Source of the DNA: Synechococcales cyanobacterium | GTDB taxonomy: Bacteria; Cyanobacteriota; Cyanobacteriia; PCC-6307; Cyanobiaceae | Direction of reading: 5' to 3' | Length of the DNA stretch: 64,000 nt | NCBI GenBank assembly: GCA_942491925.1 | Contig: CALOCJ010000008.1 | Location: 91,006-155,005 of the forward strand | In this document: piece by piece, positions 48,537-58,920 of the stretch | Position numbering within the stretch: position 1 is the first letter of the stretch | Layout: every line of letters begins with the position of its first letter | Made by a program: the position numbers and the translations under genes | The notes under the pieces: model-generated | The model's database searches: none | Told to the model about the DNA's origin: nothing | Seen by the model: only the letters and a program-made list of their open reading frames with translations

Positions 48537-49354
48537 CAGCGTTTCCTCCCCACCAGGCTGAGCACCTCCCAGGTGAGGGGAGAGTGCTCGGGCCATCGGG
48601 CCAGGAGCCGCCGGATCTGGCCCGGGGAGAGTGGGGGGTGGCGGCCGCTGCAGGCGCCGAGCTGACGCAGATGGCGCAGGGTGCTGAGTCCACCCTGGTG
48701 GGGCCGCGTGAAGCGCAACAGGCTGCTGTGGATCAGTTCCAACCCACTGTTGACGGCCCTGCCGATCAGTTCGGATGCGCCAGGCAGCTCCAGCGCCGTG
48801 CAGGGCACCTCGGCCTCCCCGGCCGCCTGGCGCCATTGCGGGAAACTGCCCGCGGTGGGCACAGCCAGCAGCAACCAGCCCCCCGGCACCAGATGGCTGC
48901 ACCAATGGGCCAACTGCACCGGTGGCGTTTCCAGCCAGTGCAAAGCGAAACTGGAGGCCAGCAAGGCCGCATTCTTCAGCTGGGGGGGCAGGCCCCGATT
49001 CAGGTTCCAGACCAGGCTGCCGGGGTCGCTGCCAGCGGCGTCGCCGCAGCCAGGGACTGCACAGGAATTGATCGCAAGCAGTTCCGGGCAGATGTCGAGC
49101 TGCAGCAGGGTCCCCCGTCCCAGGGACGGGCAGTGATGCAGCAGGGCCCCGCTCAGGAGGCCGCTGCCGGCGCCCAGATCGGCGAGGGGGCCACGGGGCA
49201 GCTGCGTTGCTTTTTCCCGCATCAGGTGGCCCAGGCGCCAGGCCATGGCCCGCTGCAGCAGGGCGTGGCGGTCGTAGGTCGCTGCATGGCGGCCGAATTG
49301 CTGGCGCACCTGCTGACTGAACTCCATGCCGGGGCTGGTCAGAGAGGGGGTCAT
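48536..49354 (-). CDS. bioC: Malonyl-ACP O-methyltransferase-like
   Basis: F...AATYD..A.LQ, ADLGAGSG, SSFALHW; operon position. Confidence 0.88.
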   Translation of the reverse strand: MTPSLTSPGMEFSQQVRQQFGRHAATYDRHALLQRAMAWRLGHLMREKATQLPRGPLADLGAGSGLLSGALLHHCPSLGRGTLLQLDICPELLAINSCAVPGCGDAAGSDPGSLVWNLNRGLPPQLKNAALLASSFALHWLETPPVQLAHWCSHLVPGGWLLLAVPTAGSFPQWRQAAGEAEVPCTALELPGASELIGRAVNSGLELIHSSLLRFTRPHQGGLSTLRHLRQLGACSGRHPPLSPGQIRRLLARWPEHSPLTWEVLSLVGRKR

Positions 49355-50148
49355 GCCTGCTGCTGCAGGGATCGTCCCAGCCACTCCAGCACCACCGGAA
49401 TGACCGGAGCCCGCAACAGCGCATGGCCAGCATCCGCCATGGTGATCACCTGGGCGCTGGGCAGGGCTTGCCTCAGGGCTGCCTTGCTCTGGGCTGGAAC
49501 GATCCGGTCCCGCTCCGCTTCCACGATCAGGATCTTTGCCGTTCGGGGAAATCCCGCCGGCAGGCCGGTGGTCTGGCGCAACAGGTTCAGATCGCTGAGC
49601 AGACGACGCCGGCCGCAGGCTCCCAGCGGCAGATCGGCGGGGCCCGGCGGCATCAGGCTGACGGGATCGGGAGCGGCCGCTTCGGCCAGGAAGCCATGGA
49701 GCATGGCCTGGGCCCGAGCGGCGGCCGCGGCATCCTGGGGACCGGGATCAGCCTCCATGCCTGCTCCCTGGCTGGAGGGTGGGGATGGAGACCCTGGGCA
49801 GTCCGCCAGTTGGGCGGCCATTCCCTCCAGGGCGGTGCGCCACCTCCAGCCCTGAGGATCCGGAGGCAGAAAGCGGGCAAAACTGGCCAGCAGCACCACC
49901 ACATCAGCATGGGCCAGAACGGAGGCAGGCAGCAGGTGGGGGCCCAGGGAGTGGCCGATCACCACCCGTCGTTGCCCGTCGCCCCACCGGGCAGACGTGG
50001 GGGTGAGGCGGCCGTAGCCCCGTTCAGGGGATTGCCATTGCCAGCCCCGGGGCTCCATGGCCGCCAACCAGGGATCCCAGTTGGTGGACTGACCAGCCCA
50101 CCCATGCATGGCGATCACGTCGATCCGCAGCTGCTCAGGAGGTGGCAT
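49351..50148 (-). CDS. Alpha/beta hydrolase, pimeloyl-ACP methyl ester esterase (BioH/BioK role)
   Basis: MHGW, GHSLG nucleophile elbow, D.IV, GH; between bioF and bioC. Confidence 0.82.
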   Translation of the reverse strand: MPPPEQLRIDVIAMHGWAGQSTNWDPWLAAMEPRGWQWQSPERGYGRLTPTSARWGDGQRRVVIGHSLGPHLLPASVLAHADVVVLLASFARFLPPDPQGWRWRTALEGMAAQLADCPGSPSPPSSQGAGMEADPGPQDAAAAARAQAMLHGFLAEAAAPDPVSLMPPGPADLPLGACGRRRLLSDLNLLRQTTGLPAGFPRTAKILIVEAERDRIVPAQSKAALRQALPSAQVITMADAGHALLRAPVIPVVLEWLGRSLQQQA

Positions 50149-51442
50149 CGATCAAGGGTGGGGCCTGAGGGTAAGAGCTGCCGCCGGCATCGGGGCCCGC
50201 ATGGGGACCTGGACCAAGGGCGCTCAGCAGACGGTCGAGTGTGCCGAGGGGTAAATCCTGGCGCAGCACCAACCGCAGCCGGGAGGTGCCCTCCGGCACG
50301 GTGGGAGGGCGGATGGCCACGCCCAGCAGCCCGGCTTGCTCCATCCTCCGTTGCAGGGTCATCGACTCCGTTTCGCCGCCCACCAGCACCGAAAGGATCG
50401 GCCCCTCGCCCGGCGGCCGGGGCCAGCCTGCCGCCGACAGCCCCCCACGCCACCGGGCGGCCCGGGAGAGCAGCTCCGCCGGAGCCTGCGGGTGGGAGCG
50501 AATCCACTCCATGGCCGCCAGGGCCCCTGCCGCCAGGGCCGGAGCGAGGGCGGTGGTGTAGCGGAAAGCGCCGCTGCTCTGCAGCAGCCACTCCCCCAGC
50601 AGGGCGTCGGTGGCGAGAAAGGCGCCGCCACTGCCCAGGGCTTTACCAAAGGTGCCGCTGACCATATCCACCCCCGCTAAACCATGGGCCAGGCCCCGGC
50701 CGCCGGGACCCAGCACCCCGAGGCCATGGGCTTCGTCCAGCAGCAGCAGGGCCCCCTGCCGAGCGCAGATTCCCGCCAGGGCGCCCACGTCCGGGCTGCT
50801 GCCCTCCATGCTGTACAGGCTCTCGCTCAACACCAGCAAGCGCCGCTTCGGGCTGGCTCGACGAGCCGTGCGGAGTTGCCGCTCCAGATCCGCCAGGTCG
50901 TTGTGGGCGAAACGCCGCAGCCGGGCGCCGCTGCACCGCACCCCGGTCAGGAGAGAGTGGTGAATCAGCCGGTCGGCCACCACCAGGGTGTGGCGATCAG
51001 CCAGGGCCACCACGGCGGCGATATTGGCCTGAAAGCCACTGGGGAAGAGCAGCACCCGCTCCCGTCCCAGCCAGCCGGCCAGTTCCGCCTCCAACTTCTG
51101 ATGGATCGGCCGGCTGCCACTGACCAGCCGGGAGGCGCCGGCACCCAGCCCCTGGCTGGCGATCTCGGCGCAGGCGGCAGCCACCACGGCCGGATGGCGG
51201 CTCAGCCCCAGGTAGTCGTTGCTGGCCAGATCGAGCAGCTGGGGACCGCCGGCAGAGGAAGCCAGATAGGGAGTACCCGTACCCGCGCCTGGTTCGGGGC
51301 CGGAGGGTGCGACCGGCTGAAACGCCCGCAGGGTGCGGCGTCGTTCCTGGGGCTGGTCCGCCAGGGCCTGCCGGATTCGCGAGCGCCAGCTGGTAGCTGG
51401 TCGGCCTTCCTCGCTGTAAGGCGGGGCATCAGGGGGAACCAT
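50135..51442 (-). CDS. bioF: 8-amino-7-oxononanoate synthase
   Basis: ASNDYLGL, SGFQAN, FAHND, DEAH, GTFGKALG, AIRPPTVP. Confidence 0.96.
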   Translation of the reverse strand: MVPPDAPPYSEEGRPATSWRSRIRQALADQPQERRRTLRAFQPVAPSGPEPGAGTGTPYLASSAGGPQLLDLASNDYLGLSRHPAVVAAACAEIASQGLGAGASRLVSGSRPIHQKLEAELAGWLGRERVLLFPSGFQANIAAVVALADRHTLVVADRLIHHSLLTGVRCSGARLRRFAHNDLADLERQLRTARRASPKRRLLVLSESLYSMEGSSPDVGALAGICARQGALLLLDEAHGLGVLGPGGRGLAHGLAGVDMVSGTFGKALGSGGAFLATDALLGEWLLQSSGAFRYTTALAPALAAGALAAMEWIRSHPQAPAELLSRAARWRGGLSAAGWPRPPGEGPILSVLVGGETESMTLQRRMEQAGLLGVAIRPPTVPEGTSRLRLVLRQDLPLGTLDRLLSALGPGPHAGPDAGGSSYPQAPPLIDATS

Positions 51443-51494
51443 CGATGCGCAGTTCAGTGCCGAGGCAACCCCCCAAGCCCATAGGATCCAGGGT

Positions 51495-54338
51495 ATGTCC
51501 AGCTGCCCCGTTGGCTCCTCCCCGGCCGATGGCCCCCCCTCCCCGGCCGATGGCCCCCCCGCCCTGACTGGCGATCCCGGCTCCATGCAACCGCTGGCCG
51601 AGCTGTTCCCCTTTCCGCTCGATCCATTCCAGCTGGATGCGATCGATGCCCTCAATCAGGGCCATTCCGTGGTGGTCAGCGCCCCCACCGGCTCCGGTAA
51701 AACCCTGGTGGGTGAATACGCCATCCATCGCGCCCTGGCCCACGGCCAGAAGGTGCTCTACACAACCCCGCTCAAGGCCCTCTCCAACCAGAAGCTGCGC
51801 GATTTCCGCCACCAGTTCGGCGCCGATCGGGTAGGCCTGCTCACCGGGGATCTGAGCCTGAACCGGGAGGCCCAGGTGGTGGTGATGACCACCGAGATCT
51901 TCCGGAACATGCTCTACGCGGAGATCGACCATCCCGATGACGATCCCCTGGCCGATGTGGAGGCCGTGGTTCTGGACGAGTGCCACTACATGAACGACAG
52001 CCAGCGGGGAACGGTCTGGGAGGAGTCGATCATCCACTGCCCGCCCTCGATTCAGCTGGTGGCCCTCTCGGCCACGGTGGCCAACGCCGGCCAACTCACC
52101 GACTGGATCGAGCGGGTGCATGGCCCCACCCGGCTGGTGTTCAGCGATTTCCGACCGGTGCCGCTGAGCTTCAGTTTCTGCAGCGCCAAGGGGCTCCACC
52201 CCCTGCTCAACGACGAAGGCACCGGGCTGCACCCCAATTGCAAGGTATGGCGACCCCCCAAGGGCAACCGCCGCAGAGGACCGAAAATTCCCCGGCCTCC
52301 CCAGCCGGAGGCGCCACCGATCGGATTTGTGGTGGCCCAGATGGCGGAAAGGAACATGCTTCCCGCCATCTACTTCATCTTCAGCCGCCGGGGCTGTGAC
52401 CGGGCCATGCGGGACCTGGGTCCGATCTGCCTCGTGAATGAGCAGGAGCAGGCGCGGATCAACGCCCGCCTGGACGCCTTCATGGCCGCGGCCCCGGAAG
52501 CGGTGCGGGAGGGGGGCCATGCCGACGCCCTGCGGCGTGGGATCGCCGCGCACCACGCCGGGGTGTTGCCGGCCTGGAAGGAATTGATCGAGGAGCTGTT
52601 CCAGCAGGGGGTGGTGAAGGTGGTGTTCGCCACCGAAACCCTTGCCGCCGGCATCAACATGCCCGCCCGCACCACCGTGATCTCCGCTCTCTCGAAACGA
52701 ACCGAGCGGGGACATCGTCCCCTGATGGGGAGTGAGTTCCTGCAGATGGCGGGCCGGGCGGGTCGTCGTGGGCTCGATGATCAGGGCTACGTGGTGACGG
52801 TGCAGAGCCGGTTCGAAGGGGTGCGGGAGGCGGGCGAACTGGCTACCAGCCCGGCGGATCCCCTGGTGAGCCAGTTCACCCCCAGCTACGGAATGGTGCT
52901 GAACCTGCTGCAGCGCTACGACCTGGCCAAGGCGCGGGAGCTGGTGGAACGGAGCTTCGGAAGGTATCTGGCCAGCCTGGATCTGCGCCAGGACGAGGCC
53001 CACATCACCGAACTGCAGGTGCAGCTGGCCTCGCTGCAATCCAATGGCGGAGATGTGCCCTGGGACGATTTCGAGGATTACGAAAAGGTTCGAGGCCGCC
53101 TGCGGGAGGAACGCCGACTGCTGCGGATCCTGCAGCAACAGGCTGAGGAAACCCTGGCCCACGAACTCACCCTGGCTCTGCAGTTCGCCAGTGAAGGCAC
53201 CCTGGTGAGTGTGAAATCACCCCAGTTGAAGGGACGGGTGACGCCGGCGGTGATCGTGGCCAAGGTGCAGGGCCCGGGCCAGTTCCCCCTGTTGCTCTGC
53301 CTGACCGAGGACAACATCTGGATCCAGTTGCCCTGCCGGGCGGTGGTGAGTCTCCACGCCGAGCTGAGCTGTCTGCAGGTGGACCAGCTGGATCCGCCGG
53401 AGCTGCAGCAGGTCGGGGAGCTCCGCCATGGGGACCAGGCCAGTGGAGGGCTCGCTCTGGCGGTGTCGTCCATGGCCCGCCGCCACGACATGCACACCCC
53501 CCGTTACGACCTGGCCGGCGAGGTGCGGCAGCAGGCCGAACTCGTGGGGGAACTGGAGGAACAGGTGGATGCCCACCCCGCCCATCGCTGGGGCGACCGC
53601 AAGCAACTCAAGAAGCATCGCCGCCGCACCGAGGAGCTGGAGGCGGAGATCGACGAGCGGCAGCGGCTGTTGCACCACCGCTCCAACCGCCACTGGGACA
53701 CGTTCCTGTCCTTGATCGAGATTCTGCGTTTCTTCGGCGCCCTGGCCGGTGAGGAGGGTCTGGAACCCACCGACGTGGGCCGCACCGTGGCCGCCCTGCG
53801 GGGAGACAACGAACTCTGGCTGGGACTGGCGCTGATGAGCGGTCACCTCGATGAGCTGGCCCCTCCCGAACTGGCGGCGGTGCTGGAGGCCATCTCCACC
53901 GAGGTGAATCGTCCCGATCTCTGGTGCGGCTACCCCCCACCCCATGCCGCCGAGGAAGCCCTGCACGACCTGCGCGGCCTGCGGCGCGAGCTGGAGCGTC
54001 AGCAGGAGCGCCGGGGCGTGGTGGTGCCTGTCTGGTGGGAGCCCGAGCTCACCGGCCTGGTCCATGCCTGGGCGGAGGGGGCCAGCTGGGGCGAGTTGAT
54101 CGCCAACACCTCCCTGGATGAGGGCGATGTGGTGCGGATCATGCGCCGCACGGTGGACCTGCTGGCCCAGGTTCCCTATTGCGAACTGGTGAGCGAGAGG
54201 CTGCGCCGGAACACCCGCACCGCCCTCAAGGCGATCAACCGCTTCCCGGTGTGCGAAATCGAGGATCTGCTGGCCCAGGCCCCGAAAGGGAGTGCCGCCT
54301 CACCCCCTACAAGCCGTGCAGCCGAGCCATCTCCGTGA
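51495..54338 (+). CDS. Ski2/HelY-like DEAD/DEAH helicase
   Basis: APTGSGKT, PLKALSNQK, DECH, SAT, QMAGRAGRRG, C-terminal EGDVVR..RR..DLL. Confidence 0.94.
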   Translation: MSSCPVGSSPADGPPSPADGPPALTGDPGSMQPLAELFPFPLDPFQLDAIDALNQGHSVVVSAPTGSGKTLVGEYAIHRALAHGQKVLYTTPLKALSNQKLRDFRHQFGADRVGLLTGDLSLNREAQVVVMTTEIFRNMLYAEIDHPDDDPLADVEAVVLDECHYMNDSQRGTVWEESIIHCPPSIQLVALSATVANAGQLTDWIERVHGPTRLVFSDFRPVPLSFSFCSAKGLHPLLNDEGTGLHPNCKVWRPPKGNRRRGPKIPRPPQPEAPPIGFVVAQMAERNMLPAIYFIFSRRGCDRAMRDLGPICLVNEQEQARINARLDAFMAAAPEAVREGGHADALRRGIAAHHAGVLPAWKELIEELFQQGVVKVVFATETLAAGINMPARTTVISALSKRTERGHRPLMGSEFLQMAGRAGRRGLDDQGYVVTVQSRFEGVREAGELATSPADPLVSQFTPSYGMVLNLLQRYDLAKARELVERSFGRYLASLDLRQDEAHITELQVQLASLQSNGGDVPWDDFEDYEKVRGRLREERRLLRILQQQAEETLAHELTLALQFASEGTLVSVKSPQLKGRVTPAVIVAKVQGPGQFPLLLCLTEDNIWIQLPCRAVVSLHAELSCLQVDQLDPPELQQVGELRHGDQASGGLALAVSSMARRHDMHTPRYDLAGEVRQQAELVGELEEQVDAHPAHRWGDRKQLKKHRRRTEELEAEIDERQRLLHHRSNRHWDTFLSLIEILRFFGALAGEEGLEPTDVGRTVAALRGDNELWLGLALMSGHLDELAPPELAAVLEAISTEVNRPDLWCGYPPPHAAEEALHDLRGLRRELERQQERRGVVVPVWWEPELTGLVHAWAEGASWGELIANTSLDEGDVVRIMRRTVDLLAQVPYCELVSERLRRNTRTALKAINRFPVCEIEDLLAQAPKGSAASPPTSRAAEPSP
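51519..51560 (+). repeat. Exact 21-bp tandem duplication
   Basis: tccccggccgatggccccccc x2, in frame (SPADGPP x2). Confidence 0.9.
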
Positions 54339-55221
54339 CGGCCCGCACGATCAGGCTGTGGCGTGCCACCAGGGCCTGCAGATCGTCGTAGCCACCTCCG
54401 ATCACCGTGGCGATCGGTATGCGCCGGCGCAGGCAGGCATCCGCCACCAGCCGGTCCCGCTGCAGCAGGCCCCCATCGCTGAGGCATAGACGCCCCAGGC
54501 GGTCCCCCCGGTGGGGGTCCACCCCGGCGTTGTAGAGCACCAGATCGGGGCGCACCTGGTCCAGCAGCTCAGGGAGGGAGGCGCCCACCGCCGCCAGATA
54601 GGCGTCATCCTCCAGACCGTCGGCCAGCGGCAGATCGAAGTCGCTGCGGCGCTTTCGCAGCGGAAAGTTGCTGGCACCATGGGCCGAGAAGGTGAACACC
54701 CTCGGCTCCGCCTCGAAGATCATCGCCGTGCCATCCCCCTGGTGCACGTCCAGATCCACCACCATCACCTGTGCCACCCGCGCTTCGGAAAGCAGCAGCC
54801 TGGCCGCCACCGCGCAGTCGTTGAAGATGCAGAAGCCGCTGCCATGGTCCGGGAAGGCGTGGTGGGTGCCTCCAGCCAGATGGCAGGCCACCCCCCGCTC
54901 CAGGGCCAGACGGGCCGTCAGCACGGTGCCCCCCACCGCCAGCCAGCTGCGGCGCACCAGGGGGGTGGTGGCCGGCAGGCCGATCCGCCGTACCTCGGCG
55001 GGGTTCAGCTGTCCGCGGGCGAAGGCCTGGTGATACCCCCGCTCATGGACCAGCTCCATCCAGCGACGCGGTGCCGGCAGGGGGCGGTGCAACTGATCCT
55101 CACGGGCCAGATCGAGCTGGCGCAGTCGCTCCAGGAGCAGACGGAACTTGCCCATCGGAAACCGATGACTGCTGGGCAGGGGGGCCGAGTAGGCCGGGTG
55201 ATAGACGAGCGGGGGCCTCAC
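54307..55221 (-). CDS. Histone deacetylase family protein
   Basis: HRFP, GGTHHA, GFCIFND, DLDVHQGDGT, GGGY. Confidence 0.94.
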   Translation of the reverse strand: MRPPLVYHPAYSAPLPSSHRFPMGKFRLLLERLRQLDLAREDQLHRPLPAPRRWMELVHERGYHQAFARGQLNPAEVRRIGLPATTPLVRRSWLAVGGTVLTARLALERGVACHLAGGTHHAFPDHGSGFCIFNDCAVAARLLLSEARVAQVMVVDLDVHQGDGTAMIFEAEPRVFTFSAHGASNFPLRKRRSDFDLPLADGLEDDAYLAAVGASLPELLDQVRPDLVLYNAGVDPHRGDRLGRLCLSDGGLLQRDRLVADACLRRRIPIATVIGGGYDDLQALVARHSLIVRAVTEMARLHGL

Positions 55222-55233
55222 GGAAAGGGTTGA

Positions 55234-56670
55234 TCAGCCCACCGGGCTGAGGGCCTGCCGGGTTCGCTGCGTGGAGTGGGGCGGGACGGGGCGAGAGGCG
55301 GTTTTGATCAGGCGCACCGGAGCATCCAACCCCAGGGTGACCCCTCTGCGGGCCTGGCCGACGGGCCTGGCATCAACGGGACTGAACTCGATGCGCTGGA
55401 GCATGGTGCCCAGCACGATCCGCAGCTCGTACTGGGCCAGGCTGGCTCCGATGCAACGACGCACTCCCGCCCCGAAGGGCATGAACTCGTAGGGAGAGAA
55501 CTGTCGCTCGATGAATCGTTCAGGGCGAAATTCCCTGGGGTTTGGATAGAGATCTTCGCGGTGATGCAGCAGGTAGATCGAGCCCACCACGGTGTCCCCG
55601 GGGGAGAGCTGGAAACCGCAGCAGGTCACGGGCTCCTCAACCCGGCGGGGGAAGGTGAGCATGGCGACCGGATGGATGCGCAGGGCTTCGTTGCTGACCG
55701 CTGTCAGATAGGGCAGCTGCACCAGGGCGTCGGCACTGGCAGGGGCCGTGGTGGTTGGCGTGGCGGCCTCCTGGAGACCATCCAGTTCGGTCTGAAGCCT
55801 GCCGAGAGGCCCTTCCTGCCGATGCAGCCAGTACATGGCGGCGGTGAGGGCCGTGGCTGTGGTCTCGTGGCCAGCGAACAGCAGGGTCATCAGCTCATCC
55901 CTCAGCTCCTGATCGGTGAGGCCCTCTCCCTGTTCATCCCTGGCGGCCAGCAGCAAGGACAACACATCACCGCGCCGGTCGTCGGAGGGCCTGGCCCTGC
56001 GCTCGGCGATCTCCGCGTAAATCAGTTCATCGGTCGCGGCCGCCAACCGGCGGGACAGGGACCCCGGACTCCAGGGGCCAAAATCATTCAGCAGCCATGG
56101 AAAGAAGAGGACCACCGATGTCAGGGGGGTGGCTGTCATGTTGATGCGCCGGCTCAGTAAGTGCTCCAATGCCTGATAACGATCACTGGCTTCCATGCCA
56201 AAAACAACTCGCAGGATGATCTGCATGGTGATGCGTTGCATGACATCGCGTACAGCAATCACCTCTCCATCAGGCCATTGCTCCATCATTTTAAGGGTGA
56301 TTTCCTGGATGATATTCCCGTAATTAGTTAGAATGTCACCATGGAACTTCGGCATCACAAGCTGCCGTCTCCTGCGATGCTGTGCTCCACTGAGCATGAT
56401 CACACTTTGGCGCCCCAGCAAGGGCGCAAGGATTTCATTCAGCTCTCCGGGGGCGGAAAACATTCTTCCCGTATCCTGGCTGAAGATCGTTTGAAGACCC
56501 TTGGGGCTGCTGACCATATAAATGGGATTTCCCAGGCCACCAGATATCTGGCAGCGGTAAAGATCTCCGTAGCGCTTCTGATTGCTTTCCATATACCCTG
56601 TAGGGTTCAGAATCCATTGGAGGATCTGAATCTTTCTCGCGGTGGCGGGGGTAGGAATGGATGGGTTCAT
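55234..56670 (-). CDS. Cytochrome P450 (CYP110-like)
   Basis: AGHETTA, EALR, PERF, FGAGVRRCIG heme motif. Confidence 0.95.
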   Translation of the reverse strand: MNPSIPTPATARKIQILQWILNPTGYMESNQKRYGDLYRCQISGGLGNPIYMVSSPKGLQTIFSQDTGRMFSAPGELNEILAPLLGRQSVIMLSGAQHRRRRQLVMPKFHGDILTNYGNIIQEITLKMMEQWPDGEVIAVRDVMQRITMQIILRVVFGMEASDRYQALEHLLSRRINMTATPLTSVVLFFPWLLNDFGPWSPGSLSRRLAAATDELIYAEIAERRARPSDDRRGDVLSLLLAARDEQGEGLTDQELRDELMTLLFAGHETTATALTAAMYWLHRQEGPLGRLQTELDGLQEAATPTTTAPASADALVQLPYLTAVSNEALRIHPVAMLTFPRRVEEPVTCCGFQLSPGDTVVGSIYLLHHREDLYPNPREFRPERFIERQFSPYEFMPFGAGVRRCIGASLAQYELRIVLGTMLQRIEFSPVDARPVGQARRGVTLGLDAPVRLIKTASRPVPPHSTQRTRQALSPVG

Positions 56671-56816
56671 CAGTGGCTTTGACAGCTCAATTTCAGTAGC
56701 TCATCTCGGTTCGATCGGTTGGAGTCTCCGCTCAGCAGTTCCCGACTTGCATCGTAAGGGTTTCTTCTGGAAGATCAGACCCTTTCCCCTGGTCCCATCC
56801 AATCCCTCCGTAAGGA

Positions 56817-57278
56817 TCACCCCAGCAGCAGTCCTCCCTCTTCACTCAAGCAGGCCTGGTTGCTGCGCAGATCGAACAGCAGTTCCTCCAGGCTGGACTG
56901 GGCCAGTTCCCGCTCCAGAGCTTGTTGCAGGCGCCTCTCCAGGGCTGCCGCGACCCGATCACTGGCCTGCAGCGGCGAAAGCGGCGCATCCTCCGCAAGA
57001 TTCACTCCCTGCAGCGGCCGGCTGCTCACGGCGGCCAGGATCGCCGCCAGGGGAATGGCGGCAGGGGATCGTCGCAACCGGTAGCCCCCCTGACGCCCTC
57101 GACGCGCTTCCACCAGGCCGGCGCGGCGTAATTTCAGCAGCAACTGTTCCAGCATGGGAGCCGGGATGCCGCCCGCCTTGGCCAGGTCGCTGCCGGAGCG
57201 CCAGATCGATGGACCCTGAGCCAACTCCAGCAGTGCCTTGAGGGCATACACACCACTGCGTTGCAACATCGAATCCAC
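56817..57278 (-). CDS. Rrf2 family transcriptional regulator
   Basis: YALKALLEL, LEQLL.KLRRAGLV...RG..GGYRL. Confidence 0.9.
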   Translation of the reverse strand: MDSMLQRSGVYALKALLELAQGPSIWRSGSDLAKAGGIPAPMLEQLLLKLRRAGLVEARRGRQGGYRLRRSPAAIPLAAILAAVSSRPLQGVNLAEDAPLSPLQASDRVAAALERRLQQALERELAQSSLEELLFDLRSNQACLSEEGGLLLG

Positions 57279-57280
57279 GC

Positions 57281-58885
57281 TCAGTTCGTCTTTGCTTTGC
57301 TGATCAGCAACCGTTGCAGCACAGATTCCAGGGTGTAGCCGAACAGGGATGGATCGGGCTCCTTTCCATCCAGATCGGCCAGGCCCAGTTCCACCCAGCG
57401 ACGATCCACCTGCTGCTCCAGTTCCGCGTCACGCCCCAGGGGTTCGCCCCATTCATGCCTCTTTTCCGGTCCGATCTTGGTGGTGGCGTCGATGGCCAGC
57501 CGGCCCCCCAGGCCCAAGCGTTCACTGGCGAAATCGAGGCTGTCGAAGGGAGTGTCCTCAAGCACGAACAGATCCCGCTGCGGATCCACCTGGGCGCTGA
57601 TCGCCCAGACCACCTGGCGGGGATCGCGGATGTTGATCGCCTGATCGACCACCACCACAAATTTGGTGTAGGTGAACTGGGGCAGGGCACTCCAGAAGGC
57701 CATGGCCGCCCGTTTCGCCTGACCGGGGTAGACCTTGTCGATGGCAATCACCGCCATCTTGTAGCTGAGGGCTTCCATCGGCAGGAAGAAATCCACGATC
57801 TCCGGCACCTGCTGGCGCAGGATCGGCGTATAGATGCGGTTCAGGGCAATCGCCAGCAACGCCTCCTCCTTGGGCGGTCGGCCGCTGAAGGTGGTGAGGA
57901 AGATCGGATCACGCCGATGGGTCACACAGTGAAAGCGCACCAGCGGAGAGGGCTCCACACCGCCATAGAAACCCATGTGGTCGCCGAAGGGACCGTCGGG
58001 CAGTTCCTCCCCCGGGGTGATCGTGCCCTCCAGGACCACTTCGCTGGCGGAAGGTACGTCCAGAGCCAGGGTTTTGCAGCGGGCCAGGCGCACCCCTTCC
58101 CCCCCGTACAGCCCGGCGAACAGCCATTCGCTCAGCTGCACCGGGATCGGTGTGGCCGCCGCCATCACCAGCAGGGGGTGGACCCCGATCGCCACGGCGA
58201 TCTCCAGGGGCTGGCCCCGTTGCGCCGCCTTGCGCAGGTGGCGAGCCCCCCCCCGCACCGACAGCCAGTGAACAGTCATGGTGCGGCTGGACTGTCGCTG
58301 CAGCCGGTAGACCCCCACGTTCGGCACCCCGGTCTCCGGATCCTTGGTGATCACAAGCCCCAGGGTGATCACTCCACCGGCATCTCCGGGCCAGGGCCGC
58401 AGCAGTGGCAGGGTATCGAGATTCACCTCGTCTCCCCGCAGGACCCGCTGGTGGCAGGGGGGGGTGAGATCCCGATCGGGGCGCGCCTTGATCAGATCCC
58501 AGAGCACCCCTCCGAAGCGGGCCACCTCACGCAACCCCTTCGGCGGCCGGGGTTGTTGCAGCAGGGCCAGCCTCTCGCCCAGGTTCTCCAGCTCATCGGG
58601 GCTCTCCATCCCCATGCTCCAGAGCACCCGCTCCAGGGTGCCCATCAGATTCACGGCCACCGGCATCGACGAGCCGATCACGTTCTCGAACAGAAGCGCC
58701 GGGCCGCCCATCGCCAGGACCCGGTCGGCGATGGCGGCCAGCTCCAGATCCGGGTCCACCGGTGCGGTGATTCTTCTCAACTGCTGGCGCTGTTCCAGAA
58801 GGCTGAGATACCCCCGCAGGTCACGGCCCTGTTTGGTCAATGGGTTTGTTCTCGAAGCTGGTTGATGGAGATGGATCACCTCCAT
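57281..58885 (-). CDS. ubiD: UbiD family decarboxylase (start uncertain)
   Basis: GPALLFEN, WPGDAG, NVGVYR, GPFGDHMG, IDAT.K. Confidence 0.95.
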   Translation of the reverse strand: MEVIHLHQPASRTNPLTKQGRDLRGYLSLLEQRQQLRRITAPVDPDLELAAIADRVLAMGGPALLFENVIGSSMPVAVNLMGTLERVLWSMGMESPDELENLGERLALLQQPRPPKGLREVARFGGVLWDLIKARPDRDLTPPCHQRVLRGDEVNLDTLPLLRPWPGDAGGVITLGLVITKDPETGVPNVGVYRLQRQSSRTMTVHWLSVRGGARHLRKAAQRGQPLEIAVAIGVHPLLVMAAATPIPVQLSEWLFAGLYGGEGVRLARCKTLALDVPSASEVVLEGTITPGEELPDGPFGDHMGFYGGVEPSPLVRFHCVTHRRDPIFLTTFSGRPPKEEALLAIALNRIYTPILRQQVPEIVDFFLPMEALSYKMAVIAIDKVYPGQAKRAAMAFWSALPQFTYTKFVVVVDQAINIRDPRQVVWAISAQVDPQRDLFVLEDTPFDSLDFASERLGLGGRLAIDATTKIGPEKRHEWGEPLGRDAELEQQVDRRWVELGLADLDGKEPDPSLFGYTLESVLQRLLISKAKTN

Positions 58886-58920
58886 CGCTACTGTGACGCA
58901 CCCTTGCATCAGCTGTGCTC

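Noticed and set aside
47913-49433. Apparent 506-aa BioD and other long N-terminal extensions (bioF, tatD, amidase, rpsT)
   Set aside because: Artefacts of the first-start ORF rule; conserved domains begin at downstream starts, some with stop/start overlaps
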